This document shows positions 17,467 through 27,160 of a stretch of 64,000 nucleotides of DNA, piece after piece. This DNA comes from Bacteroidales bacterium. Its GTDB lineage: Bacteria > Bacteroidota > Bacteroidia > Bacteroidales > F082. The notes under the pieces were generated by a model that was not told where the DNA came from, did not search any database, and saw nothing but the letters and a program-made list of their open reading frames with translations. The stretch covers positions 30,735 to 94,734 of the forward strand of contig JAEEON010000036.1 of assembly GCA_016284305.1 (NCBI GenBank), read 5' to 3'. The translations under genes were made by a program, and so were the position numbers. Positions within the stretch are counted from its first letter, which is position 1. Each line of letters opens with the position of its first letter.

Positions 17467-18408
17467 ATGGCTAGACAACAGATTACAAATGCAATAAAAA
17501 AAGTATTTGGTATTTCCGATTGGAGTTTGTTTTCAAAAAACCTTCATAAAAAGATTGGAAAAATCATCTATAAAAAGAAATACACCGCCAATGATCTCCT
17601 TCAGGTGATGATAAAGATGGGTATGCAGCCAGGTGATGTTGTGTATATTCATTCTTCAATGAAGGAGTTCTATAACTATCAGGGAACTGCCGAAGAATTG
17701 ATAAATGTCATCCTAGATTATTTGGGACCTGAAGGAACTTTGGTTATGCCTGCATATCCACCGAATTTCTTTAGCATATCTAAGACCTGTTTGACTGAAA
17801 ACTATCATGGCCTACAAGATGAAGTAAAATTTGATGTGAAAACGACTCCAACAGGAGCAGGCTATCTGGCGGAAGTGTTCCGTAAAATGCCAGGGGTTAA
17901 AAGAAGTATCAATCTTCAGCACTCTGCATGTGCCATTGGTAAATATGCCGACTATCTTTTGTCAGAGCATCAATTTAGTAAGACTTGTTGGGATGAGAAG
18001 TCTCCATACTATAAGTTGACATTATTGGATGCTAAAGTATTCTCTTTTGGTTTGCCCTATTTTGTTTCTACAGTGATTCATTGCACTGACAGCCTTTTAT
18101 ATGGAAAATATGAATTTTTTGATTACTTTTTTAGAAGAAGTATTACCTATAACTATAGGGATGAAAATGGCAATATTGGTACGCATACGATGAGAACGCA
18201 AGACTCGATGAAAAGAAGAAATAAGAAAAAAATGGTAAAAAGGTATTTTGCAAAAGAGCAATTTTTGAAAACCAGTATTTCAAATCTAAGGATAGAATTG
18301 GTGTATGCAAAATATACCCACGAACGTTTTATGGAACTTGCGCGACAAGGGATTGTCATGTATTCTCAACCAGATCCTAAGAAGTGCAGTTGGGTGCCTA
18401 TGGATTAA
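17467..18408 (+). CDS. AAC(3)-fold (Antibiotic_NAT family) N-acetyltransferase, probably acting on an amino sugar
   Basis: GDVVYIHSSMKEF ... GTLVMPAY ... GAGYLAEVFR pattern, as in aminoglycoside 3-N-acetyltransferase-like proteins. Embedded between glycosyltransferases. Confidence 0.55.
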   Translation: MARQQITNAIKKVFGISDWSLFSKNLHKKIGKIIYKKKYTANDLLQVMIKMGMQPGDVVYIHSSMKEFYNYQGTAEELINVILDYLGPEGTLVMPAYPPNFFSISKTCLTENYHGLQDEVKFDVKTTPTGAGYLAEVFRKMPGVKRSINLQHSACAIGKYADYLLSEHQFSKTCWDEKSPYYKLTLLDAKVFSFGLPYFVSTVIHCTDSLLYGKYEFFDYFFRRSITYNYRDENGNIGTHTMRTQDSMKRRNKKKMVKRYFAKEQFLKTSISNLRIELVYAKYTHERFMELARQGIVMYSQPDPKKCSWVPMD

Positions 18409-18420
18409 TTGTTTTTTAAA

Positions 18421-19527
18421 ATGCATCTTTGTCTGATTTACAATTTTGCTCAACATTATCGCACCAGTATATTCAAACTTATTGATCAGGAGTTTGACTG
18501 TGACTTTGTGTTTGGCGATAGCATGAGTGATGTAAAAAAAATGGATTACTCCCTTCTACAGGGAGGAATTACTGAAGTTGCCACAAAGCGTCTTTGGGGA
18601 GGTTGGTATTACCAACCAGGGGTTCCGTCATTATTGCGTAAAGGATACGATACATATATTCTATTGGGTGAGACAAGGGCGCTAAGTACTTGGTTGTTCT
18701 GTCTAAAAGCGAAACTGTTCCATCCTGAAAAGAAAGTGTTTTTCTGGTCACATGGTTGGTATGGCAAAGAAACGAGATCAGAAAAAAGGATCAAAAAGTT
18801 GTTGTTTAATCTTCCCAATGGTGGTATTTTCCTGTATGGAAATTATGCCCGAGATCTGATGATAAAGGAAGGGTTTAATCCTGAAAAACTATTTGTCATA
18901 CACAATTCTTTGGCTTATGACGAACAAGTGGCTGTTAGGAAACAATTGACTGTCAAACCGTTATTTCAAAACCACTTCGATAACGATTATCCTAATCTAA
19001 TCTTTGTTGGACGGCTTACTGCGATTAAGAAATTGGATATGATTTTGCGTGCTATGGCGTTATTGAAGGGGAAAAAGCACAATTACAATTTAACTCTAGT
19101 AGGCGGTGGTGAAAAGGTAGAGGAGTTGAAGTCCTTGTCCAAGCAATTGGATCTAGAGAATAATGTTTGGTTTTATGGTCCATGTTACGAAGAGCAGGTG
19201 TTAGGAGAATTGTTATATAATGCTGATTTGTGTGTTTCTCCAGGCAATGTCGGATTGACTGCAATGCACTCTATGGTGTTTGGTACGCCAGTGCTAACTC
19301 ATGATGATTTTCCCCATCAAATGCCAGAATTCGAAGCTGTTCAAAAAGAAAAAACTGGAGATTTCTTTAAGTATGATGATGTTGATGATTTGGCTGCCAA
19401 AATCAATAGTTGGTTTGTCAAAATGGGTGAACGACGAGAAGAGGTTCGGTCAGCTTGCATGAATGAGATTGATAATTATTGGACTCCTCTATTCCAAATA
19501 CAAGTGCTAAAAAAACATTTGCAATGA
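18421..19527 (+). CDS. Glycosyltransferase, GT4
   Basis: [14 protein letters not shown]..., [25 protein letters not shown] (EX7E-like region). ATG at 18421 preferred over the TTG at 18409. Confidence 0.75.
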   Translation: MHLCLIYNFAQHYRTSIFKLIDQEFDCDFVFGDSMSDVKKMDYSLLQGGITEVATKRLWGGWYYQPGVPSLLRKGYDTYILLGETRALSTWLFCLKAKLFHPEKKVFFWSHGWYGKETRSEKRIKKLLFNLPNGGIFLYGNYARDLMIKEGFNPEKLFVIHNSLAYDEQVAVRKQLTVKPLFQNHFDNDYPNLIFVGRLTAIKKLDMILRAMALLKGKKHNYNLTLVGGGEKVEELKSLSKQLDLENNVWFYGPCYEEQVLGELLYNADLCVSPGNVGLTAMHSMVFGTPVLTHDDFPHQMPEFEAVQKEKTGDFFKYDDVDDLAAKINSWFVKMGERREEVRSACMNEIDNYWTPLFQIQVLKKHLQ

Positions 19528-20171
19528 GCAAACTCCATTTTGTTACGGGTTTTATTAAAAACCTTTTTAATCCCCATGTTTCTTGTTTGGCGTTTGTATC
19601 GTCCAATAACGATATTGATGCTAAAGCTACTATTTATAGAGGCGTAAAAATTAAGGGGAGTAAGGTTGGAGCTTATACGTACATCAGTGCAAATACAGAT
19701 GTCGAAAATGCTCAAATTGGAAAGTTTTGTTCCATTAGTGACCATTGCCGTATTGGTATGGGTGGACATAATACGAATCAGATTTCCACTAGCCCTATTT
19801 TCACGGAAAGAAATAACGCAACTAAATTTTGTTGGACATCCAAAAATATAAATGCGTCTCCTCTAAAAAAAGCTATTATAGGCAACGACGTTCTGATAGG
19901 TTCCCATGTCTTGGTTCTAGGAGGAGTTACTATTGGGAATGGGGCTGTCGTAGCTGCTGGTGCTGTGGTGACCAAGGATGTCCCTCCATATGCTATTGTT
20001 GGTGGTGTGCCAGCTAGAATTATCAAATACCGTTTTTCTCAGGAAAAAATAGAAAAACTCCAAGAGATAGAATGGTGGGATTGGCCAGAGGAACGATTGA
20101 GAGCAAACATGGGATTGTTTCAATCTTATGATGTCAATGTCGAAGATTTAGGCAAATCCAATTTGTCGTAA
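19524..20171 (+). CDS. Hexapeptide-repeat O-acetyltransferase (CatB/VatD-like xenobiotic acetyltransferase fold)
   Basis: ATGA overlap with the GT stop at 19524-19527. LbH rungs: [14 protein letters not shown] ... [49 protein letters not shown]. Confidence 0.8.
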   Translation: MSKLHFVTGFIKNLFNPHVSCLAFVSSNNDIDAKATIYRGVKIKGSKVGAYTYISANTDVENAQIGKFCSISDHCRIGMGGHNTNQISTSPIFTERNNATKFCWTSKNINASPLKKAIIGNDVLIGSHVLVLGGVTIGNGAVVAAGAVVTKDVPPYAIVGGVPARIIKYRFSQEKIEKLQEIEWWDWPEERLRANMGLFQSYDVNVEDLGKSNLS

Positions 20172-20201
20172 CTAGTAGGTGTTTTTGGTTTTGAAGAAGA
20201 C

Positions 20202-21986
20202 ATGAGCTTACATTGTAAGATTTGCTTGATTGTGGGTATTCTCTTTTCTGCCAGTTTGCATATTGTTAATGCCCAACAATCTCCAGTTGAAAAGAGCTTA
20301 AGGGCTTGCGAAAGCTATTCTTGTGCTTCTTCCCCAAAACGAACTCTTCCACAGAATGCTTTTGTTATAAAAGTTTCAAAGCAGGATGACTTGAAAGAAT
20401 TGAGTTCTAACGTAAAAAAGGCGATTAGAACAGGAAAAAAGAACATTGTGGTTAATCTTGCTTCGGGTGTCTTTTACTATGATAAATTGCCAATTTATCT
20501 ATATAATATAGATGCCCCCGATGTTTCAATTACTATAAAAGGTAATAATACCATCATGGTGGCCGGTGGCAAAGACTATCCCAAAGGAGGTGGGGTGATG
20601 TCCCCTAATTGTGAACATGTATATCTTGATGATGAGTTGAATCTGGTTGATTTGTATGGAGAAGTGTTTCAGGCAGATGACAAAGTTGAGGTGATAAATG
20701 CGAAAAAGAAAACTTGTCGAGTAGCTGTTCCTGAGCCAATTAGTTTTGTTTCAGGCATGAAAGTTCAAATCTCGGAATGGTTTCATTCACCAACTTATGA
20801 GATTACGGCATATAAGGACGGCTTCCTCTATTTTATAGCACATGATTTGACATTTGATGAAGCCAAGAAATGTTATAATGTTCATTATGACAATCGGATT
20901 GGGGAAGTGAATCCTCGTTTGCGTATTGTTGATCCGCAACGAGTTTCCTCGTGTCAAAAAGCAATCCATGAATGCGAGGTGTCTCAATTCTTGACACTAT
21001 ATAAAATGAAACTGAAGGACTTTACAATAACTGGCCTTTCTTTTTCAGGTTGTGCAAAGGGGAAAGAGGCAATGTGCTATTTCCGAAACGTCGATGCTGA
21101 TCGGATAGCGATTAGCGATTGTAGGTTCGAGAATTTAAACTATCGGATTGTAAAATTGAAAAATACGGGAAACTTTGTGTTTGATAATAATGATGTAGCA
21201 AATTGCTATTATGGAGCGGTTTATTCAGATATCGATTGTCCAAAAACTATAATTACCAATAATAAGTTTTATCGTGCCGAATTGAGTTGGACCAACGTTT
21301 CATGTGTAGCTTGCTATGGCGAAGACTTTCTGATTTCCAATAATCAATTTGAAGATATTGGATACGCGTCAATTTCGTCTGGCTATCATTACAATTGGGG
21401 AGATGAAATGGTTTCTCAAGGGGTGATTGAATCTAATGAAATCTACTTTGGTGATGAATATTATTCAAATCCAGGGAAATATACTTTGATGGATGGAGGC
21501 GCCATTTATATTGGCACTCTGAACAAGATGGTGATTGTAAGATATAACTACATCCATCATTATCGAGGAGTCAGATCCAATAGGGCAATCTATTGCGATG
21601 ACGGTGCCATGAACGTCAAAATCTATGGTAATGTTATTAGTGGAGTGACCAATGCTCACTCCATTTTTAGTTGGAGAGCAAAAAGCGTGAATAAGAGATT
21701 GCCCCAATCCAATGATGGAATAGACGTGTTTTATAATGTCATTTGGGGAAATTACCTGTTTGACGAACGCCCCAATAGCTTTTGCAATCATGGCAAGAAT
21801 CTGATTCTTTATGGAAATGGAGAACCGATTCCCAGTAATACCGTGAATAATTTTGCATATCAAGAAAATGATGTCTTCGTGCAAGGTTCTGTGATGGAGA
21901 ATGGTAAGATTATACTTCCTGAAACCGCTATGGTCGAACTGAAACAGTTCCCGACATATGATAAAATGAAAAAATGGATCGAGTAG
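20202..21986 (+). CDS. Secreted right-handed parallel beta-helix (pectin-lyase-fold) protein
   Basis: Signal peptide MSLHCKICLIVGILFSASLHIVNA/QQ. Periodic PbH1-like rungs: ISDCRFENL, FVFDNNDVANC, IITNNKFYRA, LISNNQFEDI, IESNEIYFG, VRYNYIHH, KIYGNVISG, FYNVIWGN. Confidence 0.65.
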   Translation: MSLHCKICLIVGILFSASLHIVNAQQSPVEKSLRACESYSCASSPKRTLPQNAFVIKVSKQDDLKELSSNVKKAIRTGKKNIVVNLASGVFYYDKLPIYLYNIDAPDVSITIKGNNTIMVAGGKDYPKGGGVMSPNCEHVYLDDELNLVDLYGEVFQADDKVEVINAKKKTCRVAVPEPISFVSGMKVQISEWFHSPTYEITAYKDGFLYFIAHDLTFDEAKKCYNVHYDNRIGEVNPRLRIVDPQRVSSCQKAIHECEVSQFLTLYKMKLKDFTITGLSFSGCAKGKEAMCYFRNVDADRIAISDCRFENLNYRIVKLKNTGNFVFDNNDVANCYYGAVYSDIDCPKTIITNNKFYRAELSWTNVSCVACYGEDFLISNNQFEDIGYASISSGYHYNWGDEMVSQGVIESNEIYFGDEYYSNPGKYTLMDGGAIYIGTLNKMVIVRYNYIHHYRGVRSNRAIYCDDGAMNVKIYGNVISGVTNAHSIFSWRAKSVNKRLPQSNDGIDVFYNVIWGNYLFDERPNSFCNHGKNLILYGNGEPIPSNTVNNFAYQENDVFVQGSVMENGKIILPETAMVELKQFPTYDKMKKWIE

Positions 21987-21995
21987 CTTGAACTA

Positions 21996-23189
21996 ATGAA
22001 AACCCTTCTTTTGTTAGGAGGTGGCTTCCTCCAATGCTTTGTCATAAAAAAAGCTAAAGAACTCGGCTATCGGGTGATGGTATTAGATGCCGACCCTAAT
22101 GCAATGGGATTCCAAATGGCAGACAATTACGCTGTTATCAACATTGTTAATGAAGAAGCGTGTTTGAAATATGCACAGGAACACAAAGTGGATGGCGTGC
22201 TTACCGCTGCTACTGATTTCAGCGTCTTGACCATGAGCCGTATCGCAGAAGAAATGCACTTGCCAGGTATCAACTATAAGGCTGCCAAACGTATCAAGAA
22301 TAAAGCTGATGTTCGTAAATGTCTGTTTGATGCGAAGGCCGATGATACCGGATACTCTTTTGAGATTGACTCATTGGATCAGATTCCCCAGATATTGCCC
22401 CGAGTGAAGTTTCCTGTGATGATGAAACCTTGTGATGGCTCTGGTAGTAGGGGCGCTTCGCGCGTGGATGAAGCTTCGGACTTTGAAAAAGCATGTGTTT
22501 TTGCCATGAGTGGATCTATCACTCATAGGGCTGTGGCTGAACCTTTTGTGGAGGGCAAAGAATATGGAGTGGAGTCGTTTGTGGATCATGGCGAGATTCA
22601 TATTCTTGGCATCATGCAGAAGGATATGACCTTGCCGCCTTATTATGCCGAATTGGGCCATGCAATTCCATCTGGCTTGTCTCCCAAGCAAGAAGAGAGG
22701 ATAAGCTCCTGCGTGAGGAAAGCCCTGTTGGCGTTGGAAGTCAACCATGGCTCGGTGAATATGGATCTGCTTATCGGTGATAACGGTGATGTGCATATTG
22801 TTGACATCGGTGCCCGAATGGGAGGCAACCTGATCGGGTCTCACGTCATTCCTATTGGGACCGGTGTTGATTATATGGGCAATATGATTCGTGCCGCTGT
22901 TGGTGATCCAACGGATTTCATGAGCCATGGACAACATCAGCCTGTAGCGACTAAACTTTTGGCATTGACCCCAGGAAAGGTGAAAGCCTTACCGGATTTC
23001 AAAACAATCGAAGAAGAGTATAAGGTGAAGATCGAACATCATTTGCATGTTGGTGATGCTATCAACGAATATCATACTAATCTGGATGGCTGTGGATATG
23101 TAGTGGCAACTGACCTTGATGTGAAATGTGCCATAGAGAGAGCTGCAATGGTTAAAAAAACTATTGATGAATTGATTGTCAGGGAATAA
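21996..23189 (+). CDS. ATP-grasp ligase (L-amino-acid-ligase / carbamoyl-phosphate-synthase-like fold)
   Basis: MKTLLLLGGGFLQ Rossmann-like N-terminus, FPVMMKPCDGSGSRGASRV (P-loop-like lysine region), EPFVEGKEYGVESF, NMDLLIGDNGDVHIVDIGARMGGN. Confidence 0.75.
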   Translation: MKTLLLLGGGFLQCFVIKKAKELGYRVMVLDADPNAMGFQMADNYAVINIVNEEACLKYAQEHKVDGVLTAATDFSVLTMSRIAEEMHLPGINYKAAKRIKNKADVRKCLFDAKADDTGYSFEIDSLDQIPQILPRVKFPVMMKPCDGSGSRGASRVDEASDFEKACVFAMSGSITHRAVAEPFVEGKEYGVESFVDHGEIHILGIMQKDMTLPPYYAELGHAIPSGLSPKQEERISSCVRKALLALEVNHGSVNMDLLIGDNGDVHIVDIGARMGGNLIGSHVIPIGTGVDYMGNMIRAAVGDPTDFMSHGQHQPVATKLLALTPGKVKALPDFKTIEEEYKVKIEHHLHVGDAINEYHTNLDGCGYVVATDLDVKCAIERAAMVKKTIDELIVRE

Positions 23190-23194
23190 CTTGT

Positions 23195-24106
23195 ATGGAA
23201 TTAATAGCACTGAAAAAGGACGAATTACGTGGTAGATTACAGCAATTCTGTGACCTATATCATCATTGTTTCAATGACCATATAGACAACAACATCATTG
23301 AACACAGATATCTGCAAAATCCGATCGATGAGTTGTTTATGTTTGTGGCTATTGATCACGGTAAAATTGTTGCCAATTATTCAGTGACTCCCAACTATTT
23401 GCAATACAATGGTCGAAGGATAAAAAGTGCTTTGTCGTTGAACACGATGACCCATCCTGAGTATGTTGGTCGAGGGTTGTTTGTTGAGTTAGCCTCAATG
23501 CTATATGATGAGTTGAGGAAACAAGGCTACTGGATGGTATATGGCTTCCCGAATTATATCTCGAATCGAACGTTTTGTAGTAAATTGGGATGGAGAGATA
23601 TTTACGAGATACCCACTTTGGAACTCGTGATTGATAATCCGATTGGTTTTGATCGGTCCAATGTCTTCATGGCTTCAGATTACGCTATCTCTCCAACACT
23701 TGAAAAGCGTATTCATGTCTCAAAAACTGAAATGTATTTGCATTGGCGGTATCAGAGTAAGCCATATACCCAATACTATTGTATTAAAACGCAATCGGGG
23801 AGTTGGGCGGTTTACAAGTACTATCAGAACATGGTGAACATCGTTGAGTTACATGTAAATAATGATACGGATCTAGTGGATTTGATAGGATTCATTTCTG
23901 AAATGGTCATCAATGAAGGATTGGAGAAAATGACGGTTTGGTCGGAGGTGAATAGCAAGACGCATCTTGGTCTGGAGAAGCTGGGATTTCGCAATCGGTA
24001 TCCAATTACCTATTTTGGTGCTTGTGTATTGAATGAATCTGAAAATATTGATATTTGGGATTACCGTAATTGGAGTATCCAAATGGGTGATGATAATGTT
24101 TATTAA
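23195..24106 (+). CDS. GNAT-fold acyltransferase, two-domain (about 300 aa)
   Basis: THPEYVGRGLFVELASMLYDEL acyl-CoA-binding motif. The extra C-terminal domain gives a size typical of GNAT proteins paired with ATP-grasp ligases. Confidence 0.55.
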   Translation: MELIALKKDELRGRLQQFCDLYHHCFNDHIDNNIIEHRYLQNPIDELFMFVAIDHGKIVANYSVTPNYLQYNGRRIKSALSLNTMTHPEYVGRGLFVELASMLYDELRKQGYWMVYGFPNYISNRTFCSKLGWRDIYEIPTLELVIDNPIGFDRSNVFMASDYAISPTLEKRIHVSKTEMYLHWRYQSKPYTQYYCIKTQSGSWAVYKYYQNMVNIVELHVNNDTDLVDLIGFISEMVINEGLEKMTVWSEVNSKTHLGLEKLGFRNRYPITYFGACVLNESENIDIWDYRNWSIQMGDDNVY

Positions 24107-24112
24107 ATAATT

Positions 24113-24700
24113 ATGTATAAGAATTTTATTAAACCTGTGGCAGATTGGATTATTGCCCTATGTGCATTCCCTTTTTTCTGCATTTTGTGGATTGTTGTAG
24201 CTATTGCCATCAAAATCGAAGATGGTGGACCTGTTTTCTATATGGCCGAGAGAATTGGAAAAGATAGCAAAAAGCTCAAGATGTTTAAGTTCCGCTCAAT
24301 GAAAGTCAATGCTGAAAACATTCTGAATGCGGATGGGAGTACATATAACTCGAAAGACGATCCTCGGGTGACCAAAGTGGGTAAGTTTTTACGTGAAACT
24401 AGTCTTGATGAGACTGCTCAACTATTAAATATGCTGAAAGGTGAAATGAGTCTTATTGGACCAAGAGCAAGTGGATGGGATGCCTTGCCAACATATAAAG
24501 ATGATGAAATTGACAAGATGAAAGTGCGCCCGGGCATTACGGGTTATACACAAGCTTATTATAGGAATAGCATCTCAGTTCGGGAAAAACGTCTTTATGA
24601 TGCTTGGTATGCGAACCATATTTCATTCGGACTGGATGTTAAGGTCTTTTTCAAAACAATTGTCACTGTGTTTAAACACGATAATGTTTATACAAATTAA
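24113..24700 (+). CDS. Small monotopic phosphoglycosyl transferase (bacterial sugar transferase, PglC/WcfS-like initiating enzyme), copy 1
   Basis: One N-terminal re-entrant hydrophobic helix. GPVFYMAERIGKDSKKLKMFKFRSM, DPRVTKVGKFLRETSLDETAQLLNMLKGEMSLIGPRA (Asp-Glu dyad region). Confidence 0.85.
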   Translation: MYKNFIKPVADWIIALCAFPFFCILWIVVAIAIKIEDGGPVFYMAERIGKDSKKLKMFKFRSMKVNAENILNADGSTYNSKDDPRVTKVGKFLRETSLDETAQLLNMLKGEMSLIGPRASGWDALPTYKDDEIDKMKVRPGITGYTQAYYRNSISVREKRLYDAWYANHISFGLDVKVFFKTIVTVFKHDNVYTN

Positions 24701-24712
24701 TTTTTGGTGGAT

Positions 24713-26011
24713 ATGAGGGTGCTTTGTTTGCCTGCTTACTTTTTCCCAGAGAGCGCGGCTAGTTCGTATTTGAATGAGAATCGGAACAAAGCTTTTTCCG
24801 ATGCTGGATTTAAAACATTTATATACACTCCAACACCTTGTAGAGGAGTTGATGCTGAAACTCGCAAAAAGTATAAAAAAATCAAAAAAGAAGAGCTCTA
24901 TGAAGGGAACACTTTGGTTCACCGTTTTTCCATGTTTGCTGAAGGTAAAAACCCGGTTTTTCGAGCGCTTCGCTATTCTTTGTGCACCATCAAATATTTT
25001 AACCGTGCCGTCTTCGCCAAAGATGCCCGTTCCTGCAACGTGATGTTCATCGCCAGCACTCCACCTATTCAAGGAGCTATGGCAGCTATGGTGAAAAAGT
25101 GCCGTCGCGATCATATCCCGTTCGTATATAACCTCCAAGACATCTTCCCAGACTCCCTCGTGGGTACCGGCCTTGCTAAAAAGGATGGATTGCTATGGAA
25201 AATAGGCCGACGTATAGAGAATTTCACCTACCGCAATGCCGATAAAATCATCGTCATCTCTCAGGACTTCAAGCGTAACATCATGGCCAAGGGAGTTCCA
25301 GAAGAAAAAATTGAGGTGATCTACAACTGGGTCGATCAAAATGCCGTGGTTGACGTCCCTCGGGAAAAGAACAAACTGTTCGACATGTACGACCTCGACA
25401 GATCTAAGTTCTATATCACTTACAACGGCAATATAGGACTTACCCAAAACATGGAGATGCTTTGTGAGGTGGCACGTGAACTGGAACAAGAAGGCTATCA
25501 CGACATCCACTTTGTGCTTACCGGAAATGGTGCCTACTGGGATACCTTGGTGGCTAAACTGAAAGAACAAATACAGGAAGTGAAAACCAAAGCCCCCGAT
25601 GGTACCGAGGCCATCACCTTCGACAATATCACCCTGCTGCCTTTCCAACCTTACGAGGATATCAGCCATGTGTTTAGTCTAGGTGATGCCAGCCTAGTCA
25701 TCAGCAAGCCGGGAGTGGGGGAGAATAGCGTTCCCTCCAAGACTTGGAGCATCATGAGCGCATCGCGCCCAGTGTTGGCCAATTTCGATGAAAACGAATT
25801 GAAAACCATTATCGCTGAACATCATTGCGGCATCTTCACTAAAGCTGGCGACAAAGAAGCGTTTAAACAAGCCGTCCTGACCTTGTATAGGGATAGAAAC
25901 CTATGCAAAGAGTTCGGCCGTAATGGACGTCAGTTTGTCATGGATAATCTCACTCGAGAGGTGGGAACGCAGAAGTACGTCGAAGTGATCAAGAGCATTG
26001 AAAAGAAATAA
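24713..26011 (+). CDS. Glycosyltransferase GT4, WbuB/WcaI-like
   Basis: [21 protein letters not shown]-terminus typical of the WbuB class. C-terminal [36 protein letters not shown] at 24713 preferred over the TTG at 24704. Confidence 0.75.
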   Translation: MRVLCLPAYFFPESAASSYLNENRNKAFSDAGFKTFIYTPTPCRGVDAETRKKYKKIKKEELYEGNTLVHRFSMFAEGKNPVFRALRYSLCTIKYFNRAVFAKDARSCNVMFIASTPPIQGAMAAMVKKCRRDHIPFVYNLQDIFPDSLVGTGLAKKDGLLWKIGRRIENFTYRNADKIIVISQDFKRNIMAKGVPEEKIEVIYNWVDQNAVVDVPREKNKLFDMYDLDRSKFYITYNGNIGLTQNMEMLCEVARELEQEGYHDIHFVLTGNGAYWDTLVAKLKEQIQEVKTKAPDGTEAITFDNITLLPFQPYEDISHVFSLGDASLVISKPGVGENSVPSKTWSIMSASRPVLANFDENELKTIIAEHHCGIFTKAGDKEAFKQAVLTLYRDRNLCKEFGRNGRQFVMDNLTREVGTQKYVEVIKSIEKK

Positions 26012-26028
26012 ATACATACATTATAAAC

Positions 26029-27132
26029 ATGAAAACCGCATTAATTACTGGAGTGACAGGACAAGATGGGTCATACCTCTCCGAATTCCTTATGGGAAAA
26101 GGCTATGACGTCCATGGCATCATCCGTCGCTCGTCTGTCGATTTCCGCGAACGCATCGCCCACCTGGAAGGGAAACCCCATTTCCATTTGCATTATGCTG
26201 ACCTGGGCGACTCCATGTCGATAGTCAAAGTCGTTGACAAAGTTCGTCCCGATGAAATTTATAACCTAGCAGCACAAAGCCACGTCCAAGTCAGTTTCGA
26301 CTCACCTGAGTTTACCGCCGACGTGGATGCTACCGGTGTGCTTCGTGTGCTTGAAGCCGTGCGTGCTTGCCACCTGGAAAAGACCTGCCGCATTTATCAG
26401 GCTTCCACATCGGAACTCTATGGCAAAGTGGAAGAAGTGCCACAAAACGAGAACACGCCCTTCCATCCCTATAGCCCATACGCCGTGGCAAAACTCTACG
26501 GCTTCTGGATTGTCAAAGAATACCGTGAAGCATACGACATGTTTTGTTGCTCGGGGATCCTCTTCAATCATGAAAGCGAACGCCGTGGAGAGACATTCGT
26601 GACTAGAAAAATCACCTTGGCCGCTGCAAGAATTTCCCAAGGTTTGCAGGATTGCCTTTATCTGGGTAATCTTGATAGCCTCCGTGACTGGGGCTATGCC
26701 AAGGATTATGTGGAGTGCATGTGGCTCATCTTGCAAAACGACAAACCGGAGGACTTTGTCATCGCTACCGGCGTGCAACATAGTGTTCGGGAGTTTACTA
26801 AACTAGCTTTCCATCACGCCGGTATCGAGCTTGAGTTTGAAGGCAAGGGAATCGATGAAAAAGGAATCTGCGTCAAAGGTCCTGATGGCCTGATCGGAAA
26901 GACTTTGGTCGCCGTGAGCAAAGACTTCTATCGCCCTACCGATGTCGTCAACCTGTGGGGAGATCCCACCAAAGCAAAAGCTAAACTTGGATGGAATCCC
27001 GCCAGGACCTCTTTTGAGGAACTCGTGAAAATCATGGTGGATCACGATATGGCTAAGGTGGCCTCTGAAGGTGCCGCCGCCAAAGTTAGGATGAACTTGG
27101 CTGAATATCTTGAAAAGGGAATTGTCAAATAA
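26029..27132 (+). CDS. gmd: GDP-mannose 4,6-dehydratase
   Basis: [45 protein letters not shown] (YxxxK), [18 protein letters not shown]: near-canonical Gmd signatures. Confidence 0.95.
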   Translation: MKTALITGVTGQDGSYLSEFLMGKGYDVHGIIRRSSVDFRERIAHLEGKPHFHLHYADLGDSMSIVKVVDKVRPDEIYNLAAQSHVQVSFDSPEFTADVDATGVLRVLEAVRACHLEKTCRIYQASTSELYGKVEEVPQNENTPFHPYSPYAVAKLYGFWIVKEYREAYDMFCCSGILFNHESERRGETFVTRKITLAAARISQGLQDCLYLGNLDSLRDWGYAKDYVECMWLILQNDKPEDFVIATGVQHSVREFTKLAFHHAGIELEFEGKGIDEKGICVKGPDGLIGKTLVAVSKDFYRPTDVVNLWGDPTKAKAKLGWNPARTSFEELVKIMVDHDMAKVASEGAAAKVRMNLAEYLEKGIVK

Positions 27133-27143
27133 AATATAATCTG

Positions 27144-27160
27144 TAATTTAGAATTTAGAG
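27144..27160 (+). repeat. 7-nt periodic tract TAATTTA-GAATTTA-GAG abutting the fcl start codon
   Basis: The 16-mer AATTTAGAATTTAGAG (27145-27160) recurs exactly as a reverse complement at 43561-43576. Confidence 0.7.

Noticed and set aside
17467-18408. Aminoglycoside resistance gene, from the AAC(3) fold.
   Set aside because: Its context is a glycan operon, and the similarity is at family-motif level only. Kept as a finding to be tested, but not called as a resistance determinant.
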